From Takakia lepidozioides (taxonomy: Eukaryota; Plantae; Bryophyta), in NCBI GenBank assembly GCA_030704615.1, contig CM060732.1:45322001-45386000 (forward strand): a DNA stretch of 64,000 nucleotides, read 5' to 3'. The translations under genes and the position numbers were made by a program. The first letter of the stretch is position 1. Each line of letters begins with the position of its first letter. Below are positions 42,301-53,884 of the stretch, piece after piece. The notes beneath the pieces were generated by a model. The model was given only the letters and a program-made list of their open reading frames with translations, did no database searches and was not told the origin of the DNA.

Positions 42301-43676
42301 CCAGTGTTGTGCTGGTAAATCATTTACCCAGATTTATCCGATGGATAAATCAGGGTAAGCGTACATGATTTACCTGGGTTGGCCCATTTCCCTTACCTTT
42401 ACCCTTACCCTTCAGACGGGTAAATAATCTGAGATACCCATACCCTTACCCATCTGAAGGGTAAATAATATCCATATACCCTTTACTCGCGGGTAAATAT
42501 ATATTTTTGGAGGGTAAATAGCAAAAGGGTAAATGACAATCTATAGCCTTTCTTGGGAGCTGGACAGAGGGGAGTATGGTGTGATTAGCAGTTTTTTTTT
42601 TTAATTAGCATTAGGAATCGAAAACGGAACTTGTGTAGGTAGTTATAAAGATGTTGGGAGGGCAGGAGTGCACTTCAAGTTCCATGACTGAATTCGATCG
42701 AGATATTAATTGTATGTATCGCCAGGAAAGAGCTCCATCAAGCTCAGATTCGACAAGTAATTCAACCGCCCTGTCCCGCCTCTCTCTCCGACTGTTTTGG
42801 GGAATGGGGGTAGGCTGACAGTTACATACAAGGGTCATTTTCGCTATGCATGCATACAATTTCCGGCATTCATGATTTATCATCATTGAAGGGTATGGGC
42901 TTCGACCATAACGGTCGCCCATCTGCCCTTTCCCGGCTATCTCGGGTTATTCTAGTTAATTCTAGGCTCTTGCTATTCCATATAGCTGTCTCTTTAGTAA
43001 TCGGACTGGGCTCATCCCTCATCCAATGGATGTGTCTTTTACCTTCATGATATCAGAGGGTTTAATTTTTTCCCTACAATAAACCAAATGGCTTTATGCC
43101 CTTGGGAAAAAATAAATAAATAAAAAATGCCCACAATTCAGCTGTCCCCTCTTTTCACTACTTGGCCAATGACTCTATCTTGCTTGGAGAATCATGGAAA
43201 ACTTCATAGAGGCTTGATTATGTCATTTTATTAGTCATAGGCATTGAAATTATATATTACATTGCATAGTCATATTTTTCTTTGTTTCATTATTATCTTT
43301 ACCTAGTTTCATTATTATCTATTATGTGCATCTTGGTGGCACTAGGTAGTTTTGTGGACGAGGCATTCGCACATGGTCTTATTTGGTTTTGTTTGGTGTG
43401 AAGAAACACTCTCATAATCGTCCCTCATATTATTCACAACATATAATACAATCGCCTCATAAAATAGAACAAAAGTTGATTGCCTTAATTTAATTAGTTA
43501 TATCTTTTAGTTAATTAGTTATTTATATATCGGATATATAAAGGGTAAATCATTTATCCTTACCCGGTCAAAAATATTGGCCTTTACCCTTTACCCGTAG
43601 GATAAATAATGGACATATAAATAATTTACCCTTACCCGGAGGATAAGCAAATATCTATTTACTCACACAACACTGG
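42301..43676. mobile_element. hAT-like MITE
   Basis: 11-bp inverted repeat ccagtgttgtg / cacaacactgg, with dense subterminal TTACCC/GGGTAA motifs at both ends. A further ccagtgttg terminus starts at ~43683. No TSD seen. Confidence 0.65.
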
Positions 43677-43959
43677 TATACACCAGTGTTGGACCCGGGT
43701 ATCAATACTCGTAGCAATCCGGATAAGTAATATCATACCCGGCTGGTATGTAGGGTGGCCAATACTCGGGCAATACCATACTAGGGGCAATATGTACCTC
43801 GCTCCATACTATGGTATATACCATACCTGTCTGGTATTGCAATGGACTAGATAGTTATTGATACCAATATTGTTGCTATGTGAGCCTCCAAAAGGCAGTA
43901 GGTGTATGTGTGGAGTTAGGGCAAGGGAATTCAAGGGCATTTATGGCAGTTATGGCATT

Positions 43960-46900
43960 TTTTTTCATCTTTTTTTTTCTGTTTTTGTTTTTTTTTTTGG
44001 GGGGGGGAACAGGGAACGGTGCCCTGTAGTCGAATTTTATTGAGATTATTAAAGGGAAAAAAATTAAAACCCTTGGTTGGCCTTTGGCCGCCTTTAGGCT
44101 TGTCTCACGATAAACGTGACGGATATCCCAAAGAGCAATACGATTAGCTAAGCTAAACAAGTGAATCTTGGCTCTGTGATTTGAGTGAGAGTAATACGAT
44201 TAGCTGAGCTAAAGAAGTGTAGTTTGGCTCTGTGAGGAGACTTAGAGCAATGACATCAACAAGAGTGACACAACCTAGAGATGTCTCGTAGGTCAGATAC
44301 ACATTAGACTACGAGGCATGAAGCTACGAGTCTAAATGATCGAGGGGTAAGAATACACCGGATAAACTGAATAAGAGCCTATAGATTCAATATGGTAGAG
44401 CTGTGTTGTGGAATTTAGGTGCGGTAGTCCAGCTTGGTCTTCGTGGTTGCCCTCACATGCTTCCAGTTGATGTCCGTTTTGTCAAACTCTGGGGAAGCGG
44501 AAGAGGAGGGTTCGGTGTCCCCTCCATTGAGGGGGGATTTGCCGAGGCCAGTCACAAGAGTCAGGTTCTGGCTTCCTGGTAATGCCTGCACAGACTTTTT
44601 TCCATGCCAACTTAGCTACTACAGTGAGTTCAAAGAAGATCCTTGTAAGCACAGCAGATACAGTTGAGTTAAGATGTCGCATAGACCATGAGCTTCTAGC
44701 TTTCCATAATTGCCATAGAGCGACTCCTCTCAGGGTTTCCTTTTTGAACAAGAGTGAAATGACTCCCTGGGACATTGAAGGAGGCATCTGGCCCTGGGCT
44801 TTAATTGCATTAGCCATAGCAGCATGCCATCGATGCCAGGTGCTTTGCTATTGTTCATCTTGTTTAGTGCATCTTGAAGCTCCATACCCGTGAAGTCCTC
44901 CCCTAGATAATGGAATTCTTCTGGTCGAAGTTTGTGGGGCACTAGCAATTTGGAATGGTGCAAGGGGTCTTTGGTGTCTTCCTGGAAGAGTTTCTGAAAG
45001 TGGGAGAATGCAAGACTACACCTAGCCCTAGGATTCGAGGTGGAGTGACCCTGGTTGTCCGAGTAAAGTTCCTGTATCCTTTGAAGAGATCTGCGTAGTT
45101 TGACTTTCTCAAAGAAATACTTGGACATTTTCTCGCCTTTGGCCAACCAATTTATTCCCGCCTGCATTTGCATTTTTTGTTCTTGAAGGATCTGATAGGA
45201 TTCAAATTCTTGGCGTGCTTCAAGGTAAGTATGGAGTGTATGCTCATCACAGGAGGCGGTTTCAATCTTTTTTTGGCAGACTCCTAGACATTTCTTGAGA
45301 GCTTGAACCTTTCTTTTTTGTTTGATCGAAATTTGTCTACTCATATTCTGGCTTTCTTTGCTAGCTGCCAGCAGCTTAGCTTGAAATCGTTGGATTGGGC
45401 ATTGAATCCAGTTTCCGTTTTGAGACCATGCATTCTTTAGCCCCTGCTTGAAGGACTGAAGTTTAACGTGGCTGGAGTTGAGCCTGTAAATGCCCCTACC
45501 TTTCTTTCTTACGTTTGGCATAGAGACTATGCCAGAAACACAGGCATGGTCAAAACCTTGCGCTATTGGTTCTTGGGGATTAATGGAGGTCCCGTTCGAG
45601 ATATCCAGGGTGACATAAATGCGATCTAGCCTAGCCATGCAGATGTCTTGGAGGGAGCGGTTGTTCGTCCACGTGAAGGCAGGGTGAAGCCCCCCATGGT
45701 GGGCTGGTGGATGATCGATCTCGGTGAAACTATGTGTTTGAAGCAATTCCTCCCAATGTCCTTGTTCTTCTTGAGTGAGCTGGCTGGAACCTGATCCTAT
45801 TCTGTCAGTTTCGTTCTCAACCATATTGAAATCCCCTGCCATCACCCAAGTTCAAAGAGTAGTAGGATGGGTTCCGATCTTTTGATTTAGTAGTTGCCAG
45901 AAGGATGAGCGTTCTGTTGCTGTGTTGGGAGCGTAGATGTTAATGAACCCTATGGCTTCAGGGGCGTTTGGGAGCTTTAGAGAGCAAAATTGGATCCTGC
46001 TTGGCATCCACAATTCTTCAGCTAAAAGGAAGGGTTTGAGAGATGGAGAGAGAAGTATTGCCGTGCCCCCCTTCGAACCTTCGTATGAGGGTTCCCAGAA
46101 GGCAGCGTCTGAGGGCCAGAGCTGATCCGACAGGCTGGCGATTTTCCTATTATCGAGTTTGTGTTCTTGGAGAAACACTATTGCCTCCGTTTGCATCAAA
46201 GGGGCTAGCCAGGTTTGGCATTTTCCCTTGGAGCAGATTAGTCTCGTCTATGAGTGCCAAAATCTGTGTGGAAGGGCTGAGTGTCGGGCTAAGATCCGGA
46301 TATTGCTCTATGTATGATCCCCATGTGATAGAGGTGGTGGGCTGAAGTGTGTATCTTGCAAAGAAGGATCCCAGAAATATTTGAATCTTGTAGGTAAGCG
46401 TGTTTATGGGAGAACCACCATCCGGGTGAGTTGCTATGATGTTGTGGGTATCAGTCGTGGTAAGCCAGAGTGACTCCATACCTACTCCTTGTGAAGCCAG
46501 TGTAGCCAATAGTGTAGGGGATGGCATCCTTTTGAATATGATCGGGGTGATGCAGGTGGCTTTGGGATCCTCCAATGGTAACGCATGTGAATAATCCCTC
46601 AGAGTTAGCCGGGGAAAGGTTTGAATGTGGGAGCATAATTTGGCAATGTTTGGGTTAAGGGCGACTGTGACTCTGGGTGGGGTAGATGCACCCTGCGGCG
46701 GCGGGAGCTGACTCCTTAAAGCGAGCTGGGGTGGGGGAGGCTGGTGTATGCTGGAAGGGCCTGCTTCAGAGGGTGGCTATGGGAGCGCCTATTGGGGGAT
46801 TGATGAAGTCGTCTGGTACTGAGAGGATTTGGCTAATGGGCCCGCCTCCAGAAGCATTGGATCCATGTAGTCTTTTCTTTTTGTGTGCACCGGGGAAATG

Positions 46901-48680
46901 GAGCGTTGAAGAGAAGAGTCCCAATAAGGTGGAGGCATCTGTAGGGGCTGATTGCTGCGGGCGGGCATAGGGGAGAAAGACTGAGTGTGACCTGTGAGGT
47001 TGAGAGCATGGTGATCCTGGGCCGAACCTGTTCGAGCGTTTGGGGCCCCCACAGAAAAAGCTGCTCTCTTCCTTTTGGATTTAAGACAGTCTATCCTCCT
47101 GTGTTCAGTATGTCCACAGATGTAGCATGCAGTCGCTGAAGTATCCTCTGTGACTTTCACTGAGAAGAAATTTCCTTCTTCATCAATTGGTGATCTAATA
47201 AATTCTGGGAGACTGTCTTCCACCGGCATTGCCACCACAATTTTGGGAAAGCCAGAATCATTTATTTTGGAAACGATTGTGGTGTGTTTCCAAGCCGGGT
47301 TTTCCTTGAGCTTCTTAGTGCACATTTGGGGATCAAAGACTGACTGCAGCCTAAGTAAACCCCAAAGCGATTGCCAATGTCGGGGAGAAAAAACAGGTAC
47401 TGGTCTGGGATGTATGGTATTGCAATAATTCTAGGGGCCCATACTTTGCCATTTCTATTCCCCAACGCAGGCGACCAAGGGAAAATATTCACATTGAAGC
47501 CTTGAAGGTGAGGATTGAAGGAAAGCACCTTCTCAGCAGCCTCTTGTGAATGAAGTACTATAGAGAAGAAACATTTCCCCCTGGATTGACAGAAATGTTG
47601 AGTGAGATCCCCAGTGCCCCCAAGGTGTGCAATCGCCTAGTCTCTGACGTCGTCCTTGGGAACCTTCCTACCTGGGAAATGTAAGAGTACCCCGCGACCT
47701 TGAATGTCTGACATCGTTCCCCTGAGGTGAGACACATCTAGCTTGACTGTAGATGTGTTCTTACTCATTGTGAGTTGTATCTTGGAGATGTCATCAATAT
47801 TCTCCGATCGAGGGCTTTCATGTATCCCCGTAGGCAAATTGTCCAAGGGTTGGGCATCGTCGTTGCTCGTGGAGTGTAGAGGGTTGGGCATCGTCGTTGC
47901 TCGTGGAGTGTAGAGGTTGTTGAGCAGCTGCAACCTGGGGAGAGCAGAAAGCCGAGGACTAGGTGCGCGTGAGCAATTGATGTGCCAAGAAGAACCTCGT
48001 GCTAGACAAAGGTTGGGGACGGACAATCGTGGGGATCCTGGATAGAGGGTGATGGGTTCTGTTGGAGGAGTTGCCCCTGTGGGGCTTGAAGCCGGAGGGG
48101 CCCATGAGATAGGAGGGATGAGCTGAACATAGAAGATCGAAGTAGAGGAGCGAGAAAGGGCTAATAGAGAGAGATTCTCTTAACTAGCTGACGCGAAAGT
48201 AGGATGAGTAAGCTGGAAAGGATGCAATAGTGGGAAAGATCAGCAGGTGAAGGGGAGAATTGAAGGATGACTAGATGAAATAGTAAGCAGTTAAAAGGTT
48301 GTAGCAAGAGGAGCTGGGAGGTGAGAGCAAGCGAGGCACAATAGCATGAGAGGAAAAGAACTCCGTTGTCGAAGAGTTCATGTCAGCTGGTGGAATGAAT
48401 GGAGACGCCCTGGGGTATAGATCTTGGCGGCTGGAGTTAATTAGATGTAGAATCATGAAATCATGAGATTGTGATTGCAGAAGAGGTCGGGGAGGGATGC
48501 AGGGATGCCTTCGTCGTGCATGGGAGGTTGATTGGTACTAGAGTTATGAGAAACTAGATTTCGTTGTCTCCAGGTAAAGGTGATGATGGTTTCAGGTGTG
48601 GGGCGGAGGTCAGGTTACGAGGTTGGGGGTGCAAGGATTGGGAGGCGGCAAGGAGAGGTTCGGTTAAGGAAACTGTGAAA
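43960..48680 (-). mobile_element. L1-type LINE, degenerate, with most of the RT deleted
   Basis: ORF1 pieces with zinc knuckle CYICGHTEHRRIDC. ORF2 APE endonuclease motifs FLQEHK, INIYAPN, AGDFN, FTW, ARLDRIY and DH. Pre-RT KAPGIDG..GVISLLFKK is joined directly to C-terminal ALWQLWKAR. A-rich tail at ~43960-44000. Confidence 0.9.
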
Positions 48681-48685
48681 ATGGA

Positions 48686-48873
48686 TGTGCTGTCGTGCGC
48701 ATACATATCGCTACACAACTACATCGCTGTCCAAAACCACACAACACATGTGCACGCCACACACTAGTATATCACTAGTCCACCACTAGTCCAGCCTCCA
48801 ACCACTAGGCTACAACTAGTCAGTCACTAGGCTGCCACTATGCTGCCCACTATGGCAGTCACTAGTCCACACA
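48686..48873 (-). repeat. Putative 3' LTR of the Gypsy element, with polypurine tract at ~48874-48886
   Basis: TG...CA bounded segment. On the minus strand a G-rich tract immediately precedes TGTG. The 5' LTR is not in the window. Confidence 0.45.
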
Positions 48874-51329
48874 ATCGCCCCCCTAGCTGGTGCTTAGGTC
48901 CCTCTAAGTCCAGGTAGCCACAAGATGTGATAGTGACCATAGCCTCACTAAGTCCTCCACCACTATCCCTACTACACTAAAACTCGATAGATCAAGAGGC
49001 CGGGTGCAAGAGTTGCCCCATCGTTAGTCGCCGTCTTGCAACCTGTGAACTTGGGCTTGGGATCTCATGTATTGACTCCTATGAGCTTGGCCTCCCATGT
49101 CTTGTTAGCTGCCTCCAGTCATGTCCACTGCCACTATCCCAAGCAGTGTGGACACAACCAATCTCCGTCAGGAACCTTCTCAAGAGGTGGTGTCAAGCAT
49201 CCCATATGCCAACCCCTTGAGCATTGATCACACACCAGCATGGTGGCTGCCCCTTTGGCAGACCCACAGAACATGCACCTCAAACCTGCAAGTACCACTG
49301 CCAAGTTTGGGTCAACTCTGCCATCGACATTGGGAAGGTGACATGACGCACAATTACGCACATGGTCCTTCCAAGTCATGCCATCCCGACCCTCCAAGAT
49401 CAGGACCCCTGAGGGCAACACCTCTCGAACCCTCAGAATAACACGTCCTGCAGTAACATCCAGAGTCGTAGGAGCAGTCTGCTGCAAATAAACATAGTCA
49501 TTAGGGCTAAACCTCCGAACCCCAGGATGATATCCTCCACCACGTATAGTGGCATACCTCAACGTATCACGGTGCTGTGCAATGGCAAGGTTCTCAAAAG
49601 CCATGGACATGACTTTCTTGAACAACTCTGCATGCTGATCACATGCACATACCCACACGTCCGGATCGTCAAGGTTAAGGACTTGAGCAGTGTCCCTACA
49701 AATGGCTGCATGCAAATCCGGCTCTCGGCCAAAGAGAAGGAAATATGGTGAGAAGGAGGCAAGTGATGCTTGTTTGCTGAACCTGTAGCCCATGGCTAAC
49801 CAAGGAACCTGAAGATCCCAATCTCCTAGGTGCCATTTCTACAAGCCATACTTGCGCAAACCCCTCTTCACCGTCTGAACAACTCTCGCTGCCAAGCCAT
49901 CGGCCTCAGGATGATCCCGAGAAGTGGTGCGGTGGTCTATCAAGGCTTTATCACACAAAGCCTGAAACTCCCCCAAGAACTCTCTCCCTTGGTCCATGAG
50001 TACCTCAGCTGGAGCACCAAATCGGCTAAGCACACGATCCAAGAATGCATACGCAGCCCCCTCACTAGCCTTGTCAGGCAATGGAACCAACTCAATCCAC
50101 TTGGAGAAGTGCTCCACCATCACCAACACATATCTGTGGTGGCGCATAGTCAGTGGCAGCGGTCCTGCGAAGTCAAGACTTCCACCTGTAGCCCAACCCA
50201 TGATTGGTAAATGATGCAATTGTGGTGTAGGGGCGTTGAATAAAGCACGCACCCTGTCACACACCATGCACCTAGCCACGAACTGTTGCACCTCTGTGTG
50301 CATATCACGCCACCAATACTGCCCCTGCAGTAAACTATGAGTGCGTCGCACTCCAAAATACCCCAACTCCTCATGGGCTTGCCGCACTAACCGTGCACAT
50401 TGTGTTGGGTGAGGCACGATCCTCACTCGACCATCCTCCCACACTCGAAGCAGGTGTATCCCCTCCCACTTGAACCTCTTGGCTCGTTGTAGGATCCGAT
50501 CCTCTCCTTGGCAGTCACACTAGCTGTCGTGTCTCCAGTGCGGAGGTAGTCCAACACAACCGAATCCTCATGTATATCTCTGGCACCACTTGGCTCATCA
50601 CTAGCCTCAGGGTCCTCAGACACTCCGTCTATAGTCATCCCTGTTGTAGATCCAACCTGACCTCCCGATGCCAAGATATACAAAAAGACAGATGCATGCC
50701 ATCCCGACACCATCTCCTCATCCGTCTCACCATGCCACCGAGCTCCAGTGTCATCTTGCTGGCTTGTGCATGGATTGCGACTCAATCCATCCGCATCCCT
50801 ATTGACCAAACCCAGTCGATGCACAACTTGAACATGTCTCTCATGCTCTTCCACCGTAGCACGAGAGGCAAAGCAATTCCTGTAAGCCTCAGGAACCGCT
50901 GTATACGTCGTCTCTCTCCTCTAGTGACAATAGGTCCAATGTCAGGCTCCCAATTGCCCTTTGTAACTGCAACCTTAAGTCCAATAGACTTAGAGGTAGA
51001 GGACGCGTCCCGTGGTTGCTATGCCGCAACCTCTTGAGCAGTACTCCCTGCCTGCTCAGTCAATGACAATGCCTCATCCTGCCCCATCATCTCATCCTTG
51101 AGGACCTCCTCAACCCGAGAAGAATCCCCAACCTCATCCATCACAGCCGCCTTGGCTGCCAACTCCCTCTGAACCTCGAGCACCTCACACATGTGCCATG
51201 GATGTCTACACATTGTGGTCCTCATCGGCTCGCCCCCACTCACTGCCTGTACCGTCTCGGTAGGCAAAGAGACCGTCAAAGGAAGCGCACTCCGCACTCT
51301 TTGTTGCTCAGCCATAGCCAAGCTGATAA

Positions 51330-52275
51330 TCCAGGTCAAGCAATTTAGATCCATTGCTTGCCCCAACACCTGACGACGTGATGCCTCAGAAAGAGAAGGC
51401 ACCGCCGTGGGTCCCAGTGGAAAAAACCCATAGCCCGCTCTCGCTCGTCGGCATTAGGCTCCACTAATTGCTGCAACTGAGCATCCCACAGGAGGCCAGG
51501 TCCATTATCTCGGAAAGCATGCGATCCTGGGAAGCTGAGCAGTGTAGGTAGTGTTGCTCGTGGTTGACCCACCTTGTTGACCACTGCCAAAGGCGAATGG
51601 TCATCATGTCTCACACGCTGAGACTGCCTCCCTGTGTCCAAAATGCTACCCACTGTGAGGTGTGCTGGCCGCTGCACCCCATCAAATGCACGCTTAAGCA
51701 GTGCGGGTGACATCAAGTTAGTCCACCATAACCGTGGACGATGAGCCCGTGACCCCACTGCAGCTGCATCCAGCAACACTACTGACCCAAAGCCATGACC
51801 GGACTTGATACACACTGGCCATCACCCTGGCCCGAGAATCGCCCATCAGTGGCACATTCTCCAAGATGTATGCTGGAGATATAGCCTGATGAAGCTGTAA
51901 GTGGCGCAAAACCCGCACCATCTCCCAAAATAGACCCGACCTCGAGTCTCGCAATCCATTGTCATGCCCGGCTGATGAATACCCTTGGCAGGGCTAACCT
52001 GCCACTACCAAATCAATGAAGCCAACCCGCTCCAAATCCTGCGCCCCCAGCAAAGAGATGTCTGCTGGCATGGCCTGCTGATATCCACGAACCGCAGACA
52101 CCGGCAACAACTCAGGGTACTGCTGCACCAACTGAGCAATATGACGGAGTGAGATGCGTCATGCAGTCTCATCCCTCTCCACATACAGGTAACGCCGAAC
52201 TCGAACACTTGCCTGTAACACAGCAGTCAATCTGGTGCTGATCCCGCCAAACAAGTCCAGAAGACAAATGCCTTC
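51330..52275 (-). pseudogene. C5-cytosine DNA methyltransferase domain within the Gypsy polyprotein
   Basis: Manual translation gives motif I LLDLFGGI, II YVERD, III ADI, IV VVAG*PCQGYSSAG, V RSGLF, VI YILENVP, VIII AHRPRLWWTN and IX/X ERERAMGF..RRQVLGQAMD. Two point stops and frameshifts. Confidence 0.9.
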
Positions 52276-53884
52276 ATCCGGTGTCCAATAGGTGTGGTGT
52301 CCAATGGAGACAACTAAGGTGGTCCTGGTGCAATCCCCGCACTCTCCTCCTCTCCTGATGGTATAAAAGCCTCCACCCAGGCTTGTTGCACCTGTCGATC
52401 AGCATCCCGCTGCAAATCCTTGCTCGTGCCCCACAATGGAGTCTGAGCAACCATGGTAGGCAACTTCGCCATACCATACATGTCATCCTGCTCTCCCGGA
52501 GGTAGCACATCCTCTGAATGAGCGTTGCCCTCAAGCAACTCTCCAGGCCAACTCACTGCCGCTGTGAATGCTGCTAGTGTCGGCATCTTGCCTCGCTGGA
52601 TAACCGCAACTCCTCTTATGAACGTCATAGGGAGCTGCACACGCCGGTCCTCCCCTGACTGCCATCCAGGCCTGTAGGAAGCTGACTCCTCCCAAAAATC
52701 CAGGATGAAGCCCATGGGGTACAACATTGCCCCACCAACAAGGACATCGTACGAGACCGCGTCTGTCACAATGGCTTTGGCTCTCATCACTGAGCCATCT
52801 GTAGGATGATCCGGCTGTAGTCTAATAGCCAATTCACGCCGTGTCATGCCCCGAGCCCAGGGATGCCTCGGCGTGAGCCTGGTCACGTGAGCGCGTGAGC
52901 GCAACTGCGCTCACGCCACGTCACCTTGCGCAAATGCCACGTCACGGGGCTCAGTCCACGTCATCACACGTGAAGGCCGAGTCACCACGCACCCAGAAAG
53001 AAGTGGAGTGTATTCCCGCGGATTGGCACCCTTTACCGCGGAAACAAGCTGGACGACATAATAAAAGGCATTGAATAAAGGATGGATGAATGTACAGTTG
53101 GATGATAAACAGATGGATGAGTGTGAAAAATGTATGTAGATGGATGAATGACGGATGGATAAGAGTAAAATGGATGAATGTATAATGGATGTTGAGCAAT
53201 GACAAAAATTCATGACAGGAAGATGCATGACCAAATCTTTTGACGAATGCACAAAGTATATGAAATGAGTGTGGAAGGTTTGTGGGGTGGATTAAAGAGT
53301 ACAGAGGATGAATGTACAATGGATGTTGTACAAAGGAAGCTTTCATGAATGGAGCACGCATGAATACAGTGTAGATGAATGCACAATGGATATGAGAAGA
53401 GTCAGGAAGGTTTGTGAGATGGATTCATACATATAGCAATTTAAACGAAAGTTGATTCTGTGATTATTATTTGTTCTAAAGGAACAACTACGGTAGAGGA
53501 AGGGGATTCAACGTTTTCCAGATAATATGAAAATGAATATTAAAAGAATACAGTTCAGTCTGACTCAGAGTCAGTACAATGTATCCCCTCTTCCTCTGCA
53601 TCTAAGTCTAAGTATTTTAGAACACCGGATCCACGCTGGATACACCTACGGCTGGCCACTAAAAAGTCAGGGGATAGGGACTCGGCCGCGTGAAGTGCCA
53701 TTGCTTCGGCATAAACAGGGAGCAGAAAATTGGAAAGGGGGCTGTCGAAAACAGACTCGCCAGAAATGACTGTATCTCCTGAAGATCCACCGCTGGCTTT
53801 CCTGAAAGACAGCCTGAAAAAGTTATTACTGTAACTTTGATGTTATCGAGAAATTGAGTATGACTCCCAAAGAGGGTTTAGCAC

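Larger units (their letters stand above)
48686..52857 (-). mobile_element. Ty3/Gypsy LTR retrotransposon, degenerate: protease end, C5 DNA methyltransferase, deleted RT/RNase H, integrase, PHD finger
   Basis: Protease C-terminus YDVLVG. Integrase zinc region AHEELG..YWW..CMVC and core LDFAGPL..VEHFSKW..DQGREF..HPEADGLA. PHD CMFC..MLVCDQCSRGWHMGCLTPPLEKVPDGDWLCPHC. Confidence 0.92.
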
